From Nemertoderma westbladi (Eukaryota; Animalia; Xenacoelomorpha): DNA of 64,000 nt. Shown piece after piece: positions 25,501 to 37,615 of the stretch (the first letter of the stretch is position 1; each line of letters starts with the position of its first letter). The notes beneath the pieces were generated by a model that saw nothing but the letters and a program-made list of their open reading frames with translations, did no database searches and was not told the DNA's origin. A program made the translations under genes and the position numbers. Location: NCBI GenBank assembly GCA_032718475.1, contig JAUCBJ010000128.1:1-64000 (forward strand), in the 5' to 3' direction.

Positions 25501-28500
25501 AAATAAATCCCTTTGGTGGCATGGCCCACCATACCTTACGGATTTACCATCCACTTGGCCACGGCCAATTACCGACATTGATATTCCTACAGGGGATAAT
25601 AATCCTGAGGTTAATTTATCCAATTTTGATCCGGGGGTCTATGTTGGTAACATTAACACCCTAGGACTAACTTCTTTAGATCGGCTGATCTATGAAGAGG
25701 GGGCTATCTGCCATGAGGGGGCAGATACATGCAACTTACAGTGTGCATATGTTGCAAACCTCTCATCTAGCATTGTCTATGACTGCGAGAATGAGACATG
25801 GCGCTCTGTAGTTGACTTAGACATCAATGACAAAGATGACGTCACGCTAGAAAATGATCATCTAGCACCCATTGAGATAAATCTTCACAAAATTAACTTA
25901 GCTAAGGATATGTCTATTGATGATAGACTTAAGTATTTCATCAATAAATATTCATCCTGGTATTTGCTGTGTTTACTTACAGCGTGGCTTATACGGTTGT
26001 TTGATTGGCATGTCTGGTGCCTCGGAGTCAAACAAAAGAAAGTATTAGAAACCGAAATGAGCGTAAATGCACGTGTGACAATTGCAGAATTGCGTAAATC
26101 TGGCTCATGTATCTTGCGTTATGTTCAGAAACAGACATTTAGTAAGGAATATGAATGCCTTAAGAGAGGTCATTCAGTCCCAATAAATAGTAAATTACGT
26201 AACTTAGTACCACATATAGATACAGATGGTTTAATTCGAGTTTCCAGTCGTATAAACGCATCTAATAAGCCTTATACAACTGCAAATCCAATCATTCTGC
26301 CAGCGCGCCATCCAGTGACCTCAGCGATTATTCGTTATACACACACTAGAATGGGTCACTTAGCAACCAATGCAACTCTGTCAGAAATTAGGCGGAAGTA
26401 TTGGATCATTGCTGGACAGAGTCAAGTACGACAAATTATAGGGAAATGTTATCGCTGTAAACAAACACGCGCAAAACCAATGACACAAATTCAGGCTAAT
26501 TTGCCTGAAACCAGAATACAACCATACCACCCACCTTTTGAACATAGTGGGTGTGATATGTTTGGTCCTTACACTTTAGAGCGGAGAGCAACACGTTCTA
26601 CTTTGTATGACATTCGTTATGGCATGATATTTACATGTCAAGTAACTCGTGCCGTACACCTGGACCTTGCAGCAGATGCATCATCTGATGCATTCATTAA
26701 TTGTTTACGTCGCTGAGCAACAGGTATGAGGCTCTTGCCTCTGAGGCGGCAGATCACTGTGAGGGCTATACTGCCTTTACAGAAGCAGTTAAGTTAGCAG
26801 CTGCAGAAACAGTTCCTGTATACCCTCGAAACAGGAAAAGGGCCCCCTGGACTGACAACAAAATTCAGAAGTGCCGAAATGACCTTCATAAGGCGCAGAA
26901 AGAGTCCCGACTCAAACAGACTACAGCGGCCAAGAATGCAGTTAAAGCTGCATCTAGGTCCCTGAACAGGCAGTACTCTGCTAATCTACAGGAGCTAATA
27001 AACCAACAGGTTGATGCCATCAATGATGCTGACGACAGCAGGCAATCATCCCAGGCATGGAAATCGATCAATCTGCTTACTGGGCGGAAAAGCCAACCAA
27101 CCACCAAGGTTAAGGCTGAATCACCAGCCGATCGCCTCAATGGTTGGAAAGCCCACTTTGAAAAGCTCCTCAATAATGACAGGGTATTGCCTGATAACTT
27201 TATAGAAGTAAAAGTGTCTGAGTCTGTACTCCCAGATATTCCCATTGGCGATATCTCCTTTGCAGAAGTGAAGGCTGCTGCAAAGAGCATTAAGACCAAT
27301 CGTGCCAGTGGTGTAGATGGTGTTCCCCCTGAGGTCTTTAAAATACCTGAGTGTTTAAAGCTCATCTATCCCATCATAGTAGACATGTACCGTACAACAA
27401 GAGTCCCACAAGAAATGAAAACAAATAAGTTGGTGCCAGTTCCCAAGAAGGGCAACCTAACACTCTATGGTTCTTTTCGGGGAATCTCATTGATCTCGAT
27501 TGCTGCAAAACTATACAATAGAATTCTATTAAATCGCATCAGGGATCCCATTGAGAGACTGCTACGTGGAAATCAGAATGGGTTCCGTAAAGGTCGTGGG
27601 ACCATGGAGCCCATTTTGGCACTTAGAAGGATAATTGAAGAGTTATCAAAAAAGAAAGACAGGCATCTGGCTGTTATCTTTGTTGACTTCTTCAAGGCCT
27701 TTGATTCAGTCTCTCGCTCACGTATGTTCAGCATACTTTCATTATATGGGATTCCTGATGAAATTATTGCAGCAATCAGATCAGTATACGATGGTTCGAC
27801 AACATTTGTGTCTACTGTTGACGGTGACACAGAACCATTTGAAGTGTTATGGGGCGTCCTCCAAGGAGACACACTTGCACCATTCTTGTTCATTATTGTG
27901 GTTGACCCCAAGCTTGACACTAGAACAAAATCGCCTCCGCTTTGCAGGACATTGCTTTCGCCGTGAGGACCAGCCAGTGCATAATCTTGTACTTTGGCAG
28001 CCTCATGGAGTGAATAAGCATGGAGGACAGCCCATGACTTTCTTGAGACGCATCTTAAAGGACACTGGCCTTAAAGATGCGGATGATCTAGCAAATGTCA
28101 TGGGTGATAGGGAGTTGTGGCGGTGCAATTTTGTTGACAAGCCGGCATAGCATTCTTAAAAATGCAGCTGCAATGCAGCATGCCGATCCTAGTAGTAGTA
28201 GTAGTTTACGTCGCTTCACAGGACGTAGAGGTGGAGTATCCCATATGTACTCAGATAATGGCTCAAATTTTGTGGGCGCCGAGTCACAACTGGGATACTA
28301 TAGAGCTTTAGTGAGTGAACCTGGGGTTGCAGATTTTCTTCGTAAAAGTGGTATAGAATGGCACTTTGGAGACCCTTACGCTCCCCACGAACGAGGTTTC
28401 ATTGAACGCCTTATTGGCATAACTAAACAAATTTTAATGTCAACATTGGGTGACCGGCTTGTAACCGAGGATGTGTTAATGACATTCCTCGTTGAAGTAG

Positions 28501-28946
28501 AGAATATTCTTAATAGTCGGCCTTTGACAGCATTATCTGACGACGCAAATGATTTTGAGCCACTCACACCCAACCATATTCTCTGTAACAGACCCGCAGA
28601 GAATGCACCAATAGCTGAAACAAATGCTTCAGATTTTGGTAGTCGCCATACTTACCTTCAAACTGAGGTTCTCCGTGACCTTTTTTGGAGAAGATTCAAC
28701 ACGGAATACATTACATTACTCCAAAAGAGACCGCTCTGGAATAAAGTTGAGCGAAACATTCAAGAAGATGACGTTGTTCTTATTACTGACCCCGACAAAC
28801 CTAGGTCCAGATGGTCTTATGGTAGGGTAATATGTACATACCCAGATGCCAATGGGATTGTACGCAATGTGCGTGTGCGTGCCCAGAATGGACATGAATA
28901 TAAACGTCACATTCACTCATTGTGTCTGCTGGAGCAGGCAGAGTAA
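19598..28946 (+). CDS. Element B gag-pol polyprotein (2615 aa after removing the LINE and one TSD copy)
   Basis: PKFNGE capsid region, zinc knuckles, protease LLDSGS, RT DIEAMF..YVDD, RNase H FSDAS..PRLEL..TDS..NPAD, integrase H..H..C..C and D(MFGP)-D(NGS)-E(RLI); rejoining 26714 to 28216 restores CLRRFTGRRG in frame. Confidence 0.95.
26715..28203 (+). mobile_element. 5'-truncated, internally deleted RTE-clade LINE inserted in the integrase of element B
   Basis: TSD GTTTACGTCGCT (26703-26714, 28204-28215), (TAG)n tail, RT motifs VPKKG, RGISL, QNGFR, DFFKAFDSV, GVLQGDTLAPFLF, then a jump to the C-terminal RLRFAGHCFR..LVLWQP; the YADD region is missing. Confidence 0.92.
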
Positions 28947-29129
28947 TGAGGCGATTACAAAGTCTTGTTAGACGTATTTACTTCAACACATTTCGTTTTT
29001 TAAATGTACGTTTAAATTTGTCAACTGTCAGTGGTATGCATCGCTGGCACAAATTAAAAGGTAATAATAAGTTAGTTTAATTAAGCTTTATTAGTATAGG
29101 CCATGTAGAGCTACTAGTAGGGACTGCTA

Positions 29130-29322
29130 GGGCGCTTACAAGCCCGAAGATAATGTGGGTATGGAGAAAAGGGGCGTTTACAAGCCCAAAGATATGTGGG
29201 TATGGAGAAATGGGGCGTTTACAAGCCCAAAGATATGTGGGTATGGAGAAATGGGGCGTTTACAAGCCCAAAGAAAGATATGTGGGTATATGGAGAAATG
29301 GGGCGTTTACAAGCCCGAAGAT
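29130..29322 (+). repeat. About 40-bp minisatellite in the 3' UTR of element B
   Basis: Five copies of GGGCGTTTACAAGCCC separated by AAAGATATGTGGGTATGGAGAAATG-like spacers. Confidence 0.9.
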
Positions 29323-31007
29323 ATGATAGGGACTTCATATGGGTCACTTAAAAGTACAATAGAAACCCATCAAATAATGGAGATAATGATATGATACAAT
29401 ATGGGCTAAAGGATACAACTAATTGTTGAAGGATGCCTAGCTCATATATACATATATATTGCTCAGATGATTGAATTTGCAAGTTATTTTATATTTATGT
29501 TTATAATGATGAAATATAGACAATTTGATCTTTCGGGCCATACTAAATTCCTTTGGAACCGTTAGCATTAGGATTAACTGCTTAAGTCCATTTTTTTTTA
29601 TTGTGTTCATTACTTAATTTCAAGTAAATCATCTTTACATGTCCTACTACTTGTAGTTTAGAGTTGCCTTTATTATTACAAATTTGTGTATGGTGGTGGG
29701 ATATATTTTGTTTACAAGTGATCTCACAGCTCACAATTTTTGTAAAGTTAATCGAAAACATATTTGTAATTTAAAACGCCAACCATGTGTTTTACACACA
29801 TGAGCCATATGTAGCCTGAAATATTTTTAAATAGATAAAAGACAGTATGGTGATCATTAATCTTGCGCAATACTCCTTTGGAAGTAGTGTGCGATTTATC
29901 TCTTGCGAAATATATTTTATATATTATTTGGGATACTAAAGGAGCTGAGTATTGCTGTGTTGATTCTTATCAGATTTTAATTATATGTTTCTAATCTACC
30001 TATACATCTTGGTCCCATTGTGGCTGGTTGTGGATTCTTAAACGATACCTGACAACCCAATGTCATTGTATGTCCGCCCCTTACATTTAAGGATCTCTAA
30101 ATACTAACTGCTGATTGGGCAACACAGCATATACTTAGAAAGCAATATGTATCCTCGTTTTTATATATTTTGTCATGGTTGGATTTCATTCTACGCCTGC
30201 AAATCCAGAGGGGGCTGTGCCGGATACTGATCACAATACGATGTATATTAGATAGGTTATACAGTATGTTTTAGCTCGTATAGGTCGTGCCACCGGAAGT
30301 GACACGATGCCCGGGCTGATTCAGGCTTTGTGATAGCAGCTATCTGAGGATAGTAGAACAGGCTATCTATTGGCATTGCTTTTTTACCGCTCTGCTACAT
30401 TTCCTGTTCAGTCAGTAGGTGAGCCTACCGACCGGTAGACTCACTGACAACTGTGCGACATTTATAGCTAGGCTTTGCCTTAGCTTACAGTCTTAAGCTA
30501 AGGGCCTATTTACCCGTAGGTCCGACTGACCGGCTTCTGTTTGCATAGTGCAGCAGTGGTTGGATGTGCTGTCAGGCTGTGTGTGTCTGACATTTTGTCA
30601 GACACGAACTTTATCTGTGAGTTCGCTTGTAGAATATACCGTATGGTATATTTATATTTCTGTATTCGTGCCTTGTCAGTCATTATATTATACGACCTGA
30701 GACCGCAGTAGTTTACATGAGTTTTTTCATATTAGATGGAGTCAGTAGCCTCAGCCTGACAGTCCCCGTAGCTAGCGCGTCTTTATCCATACTTCACCCC
30801 TAGCAATTGCCATCCTTTACCGATCCGCCGATAGGACATTCAGACTCAGGGTCTGACTATTAGACTGCAGACCCCGCGTCTGAATGTTGGACTATCGTTC
30901 CCAGTTATTGGGCCTCAGGATAGTCGGACCAAGCCGACTATCGGACTGTTGTATTTATTTATTGCCAGCGGTCGTTCTACTGTTCTAGTTAGCGGCCATC
31001 CGGCACA

Positions 31008-31866
31008 CTGCCGCTGCCTTCGCTGCTTCTGCTTCTGCCGCTGCCTTTGCTGCTTCTGCTTCTGCCGCTGCCGCTACCTTTGCCGCTTCTGCTTCTGCCG
31101 CTGCCGCTACCTTTGCTGCTTCTGCTTCTGCCGCTGCCTTTGCTGCTTCTGCTTCTGCCGCCGTTACTGCTGCTGCTTTTCAGTCCTCTATCTGTTTTTT
31201 CTTTACTTGTTCTTCTTGGACTCTAGTGAGGCGGAGTTTTTCATCAAATTCAGCTTGGTTTGCAGCTAACATTTCCGCATCGATTGCGTCCAACACAAGC
31301 TTGGTTCCTTCACTATTGGGGCGAAGTCCAGACAGTCGTCTCCTCAACTCTTCGTCTCCTAGGAATCGCTGATAGTCTGACAGATAGATGTCAATGGCGT
31401 CTCTAGTTCGCGGCTTCTCTGCTGTTAATTCGCTTTCCACTTCGCTTTCCACTTGAGAAGAAGTGGCGTCGGTTGATTCTTCATAGGTTGGCCGTTCATC
31501 ATAAACCGTATCCGCCATCTTCGCTCCGCGTTCGGGCGTCCGCTCAGCAGTATCCGAACTACTGGAGCTATCGGGCCGCTGAGAACTAGGTTCTAGGCTA
31601 GGATGTTGCTGCTGTTTGACAGCTGCTTCTTGATCCCGCTTGACTTGGGCCCGAGTACCGATGATAGACCTACGTTGTTCTACTAGCCTAGGGTCTGACA
31701 CTATTACTGTAGGGATGGCCTTTTTGACAATAGTAGGTGACTTCGACTTGGATCTAGGATGTTCTATACTTGGATCTGGGTCACTGATCTTTTTAAGACA
31801 CTGTCTAACAGTCATTCTAACACTTTCTAAGAGACTATCCGACAGTGATTGGGTTGTGTCAGACAT
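31008..31866 (-). pseudogene. Element A gag, 5' part
   Basis: ORF from ATG 31866 with an in-frame TGA at 31180-31182, then (AEAEAAK)n repeats that join in frame across the CTGCC TSD to ...RKAAVAKAEL at 18326. Confidence 0.88.
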
Positions 31867-34131
31867 GTTTGTTTGTACAGTTGAATGCCTACTGCTATGA
31901 TTATAGCTAAAGCAAGTCTAGCAATTCAGTATCACTGTTAGCCTAGTAATTAATTACCGATACTGCTACTCAGTGTAGCGTGATATATATATAATATATT
32001 AGAATACCGGTATGCTTATAGTATATATATAAGTATTATTACAGACTAGATTTGTTACAGAGTACCGGTATATAATTTTAGCACAAATATATAAATATAT
32101 AATAGGCCTATCGTGAATACCGGTATGCAGCTTACACTTATAGTATATATAAGTATAATTATGAACTAGAATTAATTACAGAATACCTGTATGATTTCAG
32201 CCCAACTTTATAGAAATAAATGTAATAAGCCTATGGTAAATACCGGTATGCCAATTATTTTAGAATAATTGAATTTCTGAATATTTTAGGGTTACTTGGT
32301 TACTTTAACTCACTTTATTACTGTTATTTAAGCAGTAGACCAACTGATATTGGGACCTAGTTGTTGTATAGCAGGCCTACTATTTATAAATCGTTTGAGT
32401 TGATTTATAATATATATATACCCGTTTAAAATGGGTCTTGTCAATATTTGAAATAAATGTTATTATTTCTGGGGGAGTCACTACACAGAAGCTTTGCGCT
32501 CTCAGTGAAGTGCTACTTATGGGACACTAAAACAGATTATTCTAATTTACCTAAGTTACTTAATACTACAAATTACTTACGATACGGGTGAGATTAATTC
32601 TCTAATTAAAACACAACAAAATATTACGTATGAAATTTTAGGGTAATTTTACAGGAAGTCTACAAACCAGTCTAACAAAGGGTTAGAACTTCTGGTTATT
32701 ACAACGGACAGGGTACTACGGTATTTGAAAATAATAAGTAGTAGTAAATACACTGTGTTGTCCAGATAGGAAAATACCACCGTCTGACGACCTATAGCCG
32801 TATCGCTATAGGTACTACGTTATGTATCACGGAGTGTCCCTACCTAGAAGTTAATTACCACGGTCTACCAGAACCAACGTGCCTATTAACCACTTTACAA
32901 CACAAATATACTGCCTACACACTAATTACCTTCGGAAAGCACTGTACACTAAACCCTAAATTAGGTACAAGTACTGGTACAACAACAATTAGTAGTTAAA
33001 TATACTTGAACAGTTAAAAGAACCACGGCATCTGCTGGAGTGACCGAAGCACAAAGTCACCAGTCTTTTCCTACGCAAAGCAGCCCGTGTAGTACCGGGG
33101 TTAATTTAACTATAACGGTATGTGTAACAAGCACAATTACTGTAGGAATAAACTTGGGGACATGAATGTTGCGAATAATCGCATAAACTCTGAATAATAA
33201 ATATTACGCTACCCGTACAGAATACTCAAACAAAATACAAACCAAACGCTGGCAGACTACCACCAAGCCTAAATAAACTACAGTATGTGCAGATTCCGAA
33301 ACGGTTAGTTAGTATGCGTTCTAACACGGTAGTACGACTTATTCTTTAAGAGGGGATTGACCTTACAGCTATGGCTGCCCCAACTTACTAACTGGCACTT
33401 TATCAGACAAACTCTACACACGCAGCAATCTCTTCAGACCTAATAATAGCTAGACAACAATCCAGCCTACAAAATATCTGGGTAATAACTATTACGGTAC
33501 CTGAACAGACCACACAAACAAACACAGGCCAAAACGCTGGCAGAATACTGTCAAGTCTAAATAAACTACAGTATGTGCAGATTCCAAAATGGTTAGTTAG
33601 TATGCGTTCTAACACGGTAGTACGACTTATTCTTTAAGAGGGGATTGACCTTACAGCTATGGCTGCCCCAACTTACTAACTGGCACTCTATCGGACAAAC
33701 TCTACACACGCCGTAATCTCTCCAAACCCAACAACAATCCGACAACAGTCCGGCCTACAGTTATCTGAACAATCTGAGCAGACTTACACGTCTTCAGCTC
33801 AATATTAACTTACTAGGAAATAAAACTGACAGAAATAGACCTAAGTAAAATCCCAATAAAAACCAGGCGTTCCCGATTTAATATCGAGACCTACCGGTAT
33901 ACAATAATCAAATAGAATAATACTAATGTACTTATACTGGAAGTACCGGTTAGGAAAGTTGGGCCTACGGACCTACAGAAGTACCGGTTCTGGCAGTTGG
34001 ACCTACGGACCTACAGCAGTACCGGTTCTGGCAGTTGGGCCTACTGACCTACAGAAGTACCGGTTCAGGTTTACCGGTCGACCGGTACTTTCAACTTTAT
34101 TGCTTACTGCAATAAAGTCAATAACTGTTAT

Positions 34132-35383
34132 TGTACGCGCTTTTGAAGACCTTTAGCAGTTTAACCTGCCAAAATTTATATGTCTTTTGGTTTATAAATA
34201 GACTTTAGAAGTTGACAAATATTTAATACCAATAAACACAACATTAGCAGAAGCCAGCCTAGTGCGCGTCCATTCACCCGCTGGATATACCCGGGAGACT
34301 GGATTCTGAGGGCTTAGATTATTATTGCAGTGCAAGCTTACTGTATTATTCGATTGATCGTTAATAAATAATTTCTGACTAATATTATTCACTTTCGGGA
34401 AATATTAACAGTTCCTTTAGGACGTGGCGCTCTATCTAGGTAAACAGAGATATGACTTATACTAATCACAACGGCAAGTTGGTAAGGCTTATGATTCACG
34501 TATGAGGCGCATTCTTTAGGAAATGCTTAGTTATCAGTCACAATCAGGCACACTACCGGTAACACACAATACTGCTCACTAATTTGCCGACCGTCAATGA
34601 ATTTTATCATATATAAAGCGAACAGCAACGGACTCATGTAGTGCTTATCAAATAGCATTAAATTCACTACAAACCACAACAATATAAGTCGCAATCGCTA
34701 TATATAACCCGTCTCTCTAACCTGTGGTGTATCAAGAAAATTGGGAAATTTGGGTTCTTTATAGATGTTCTCCAAATAATATTCAACCAACTGATACAAA
34801 ATATGACAACAGTAAATAGCAGTATAATAATGTATGTTGAACAGATAATGTAAGACTGAAGTGAGATAAGATAACAGTTATACGCTCTATAATTTAAGCC
34901 TACTAATGTTTCTTCTAAAGTATGAAAACGAGTTGACTCTAGAGCCGGTGTTCCTGGCCTAGATAGAAACAACACAACAGTATCACGAAAAACAGTAAGA
35001 CTGAACACTCCTAGCATGATCTGCCAAAATATCTCCACATCGACAGAAAAAATCGCTCTGATTGGCTGTTAAGCTAAACAAAGAACCATGTGTCCAATGG
35101 CCGTTTCCATGTCAGCAACCAGCTGTTAGATGTCGTAAGCTGAATCATCAAGGCTAAGCTGTGCCAGGGTATTTGGTGCATTGCGGGTTTTTTGCCTTAC
35201 CATGTCCGTCAAAGCACACATATAGAAGAATGACGTTTATGTCCGTTAAAACACCTATAACGGTACCTTGCGGGCGAGGGGGATATATATATAGTTAGAG
35301 AGCTTTTTAGAGTATTCCAGCGCCTGGGGGGAAACTGGATTGCAAAGCAAAAGGGCCAGTTATATCCCACAGAAGCTTTTACA
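34132..35383 (-). repeat. 5' LTR of element A (1252 bp)
   Basis: Direct repeat of 10581-11834, upstream of gag on the minus strand. Confidence 0.97.
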
Positions 35384-37166
35384 TGTAGCTTTGAATTTAT
35401 ACTTATTGTGGGTCAAAATTTATCGTACTTCATGAATTCTGTGCTAAAAATTGTATCAACACAGGCGGTTTCTCAAAAATAGTCGAATTACAAATTATGC
35501 ACCTGCTCTGCACAAAATATGAATAAAAGTGTGCAAAAGTTTCGTTTCCTGTAGGCACTTCCCATGACCAATAAATTAACATTTCTGAGCCTGTACCAAA
35601 TCAAAAACAAACCCTTTTTCGAATTTTTTTGGTTTCATTTAATTTCACCAGTGTTTAATTCCTCTGTAATGAAATCGATAAAGTTAATGATGTGATGTCC
35701 CATACTTTACCTAAAATAGTGAAATTTTTAGTTTATTCACAGAGATGTAAATCAGCCTAATCACCCAGTGGAATGCAAAGCACGTTTGTGTTGCGTCATC
35801 GTATAAAACAATTAGTTTCATCTTCACTCCCTCAGAAATATCATGGCGGCCAATTTAAAATTGTCCCATACTTTACCATTAAAATGGCGATTATATTAGT
35901 GCACTCTATTAATGTAATATGTGAAGCCAGGAGTGTTATAATACTCTAAGGTCATAGTCGGCCGTAAGAATATGAGTCTATATTTGAACTGAGAATCATT
36001 CCTCAGTCAAGAAATCTTTGGGTTTATGCATGTAAAGTCCCATACTTTACCAAAAAATAGTGAAATTTTTAATTTATACACAGAGAAGTACTGTAGTCTA
36101 ACTCAGCCCAATCACCCAGTGGAATGCAAAGCACGTTTGTGTTGCGTCATCTTAAGAAACAATTACCTGTAGTTTCATAATTTACTCCCTCAAAAACATC
36201 ATGACGGCCAATTGAAAATTGTCCCATACTTTACCATTATAATGGCGATTACATTTTAGTGCACTGTATTAATGTAATACTGTATATGAAACCTGGAGGG
36301 CAGGAGTGTTATAATGCTTTAGGCATTTAGCTTGGTAATGCTTTTATAATGCTTGGGGAAGCATAGAAGTTTGAACTAAGAATCATTCCTCAGTTAACTA
36401 ATATTTGAGTTTATGCATGTAAAGTCCCGTACTTTACAACAAATTTCAAAAAATTTAGTTTTTTAGCAGATAAGAAGATCGGTAAGTACAGTAATTGATA
36501 CATTTTCAGAAAAATTGAAAGAATTTCTAAACTTTTCACAGACTACATGTGTACCAAGTTTGGTTATATTTCATCAATGATTGGCGGACTTATTTCGGTT
36601 TTTATCACAATTTTGAAACTATCGGTACCAACAGACAGACTGTCTGATATGTGACCTTTGATTCCTTAAACCTCAGATTCTTTCAAAACTTTTGACAAAC
36701 TTCATTCATCCCAAGTTTTGTTTAATTGCATCTTTAAATTACCGAGTTATACAGTATTAGCGATCAAAAATTAGACAGATGACAGATAACTCCTCAACGG
36801 CACCCATCCATATGCATAGGCACCCATGTGCTGTGGATAACATTGTACATGTACAGGCAATCAAAGTTCAAAATTGTGTACGAATGACCCGTACTTTACT
36901 TTGGAATGAGCCATTAATGATTTTAAAATACTCTATTTTTCGCACTAAAACTGTGTACAGTACATACAGTATGTGGCGTTAAAATATTAAATAGTTATTT
37001 ATACAAATCTTATTTCAAATAACATATTATCTTTATTTATATCATTTGTACTTAGGCAATTCAATGTATGTCATGTGTCTCTTAATTTAACTGCCAAACT
37101 CTTATGACACTAATAACCAATACCAACATTTCTCCCATTCAAAATTCATACTGTATTTGTCACAGT

Positions 37167-37310
37167 GACGATAAGTTACCAGGGGCGATAAAGACCCGGG
37201 GGCGATATGTTCCCAAGGGGCGATAAAGGACCATTTGAGGGGCGATAAGTTCCCAGGGGGCGATAAGGTCCAGGGGCGATAAAGGCGCAAGGGGCGATAA
37301 CGCCCTACAA
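37167..37310 (-). repeat. Array of GGGGCGATAA motifs, inverted relative of 9232-9366
   Basis: About eight copies, ending GGGGCGATAACGCCCTACA. Confidence 0.75.
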
Positions 37311-37615
37311 TCATGGAAATATGGTCGGACTGGAGACATGTAGTATGTACGATGATGTATGTTGTATGACATTCTTGTATGGTATTACTTACTTTACTTT
37401 AGTCCACACAGTCTGGCAGTATACTGGTATAGATACAGTTACTACAGTATACTGTACTACTGTCTGTCTATAGTTAGATACTGTACAGCTGTATGTAAAG
37501 TACAGTATAATAATAATTGTTTTTTGTTCCATTTGTTTGATCTGGTAATTGCAGTACTACAGTCTGACAGTTCTGCAGTAGGCCAACCTCAGTAGGCCAA
37601 CCTCATTAGTTGATA

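Larger units (their letters stand above)
18327..31007 (+). mobile_element. Bel/Pao LTR retrotransposon B, full length and recent, inserted in the gag of element A
   Basis: LTRs 18327-19125 and 30216-31007 (I see one substitution and one 7-bp indel), 10-bp terminal inverted repeats TGTGCCGGAT/ATCCGGCACA, TSD CTGCC, PPT AGAGGGGGC. Confidence 0.97.
10581..35383 (-). mobile_element. Bel/Pao LTR retrotransposon A, non-autonomous (RT, most of RNase H and integrase absent)
   Basis: TG..CA LTRs 10581-11834 and 34132-35383 nearly identical, TSD TGTAG (10576-10580, 35384-35388), purine-rich GGGAGCGG before the 3' LTR, gag-protease ORF fragments. Confidence 0.95.
10521..36912. mobile_element. Non-autonomous TIR DNA transposon (about 1.58 kb when empty), split by Bel/Pao element A
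   Basis: TIRs GGCTCATTCCA (10521) and TGGAATGAGCC (ends 36912), 4-bp TSD ATTA on both sides; internal repeats containing GTCCCATACTTTAC at 35690-36440; superfamily not determined. Confidence 0.7.

Noticed and set aside
26701-27966. Chimeric LTR element with a second functional RT
   Set aside because: LINE insertion with its own TSD and tail, lacking the catalytic YADD region and disrupting the integrase
30949-31269. Cys-rich metallothionein-like ORF
   Set aside because: Antisense reading of the Ala/Glu gag repeat
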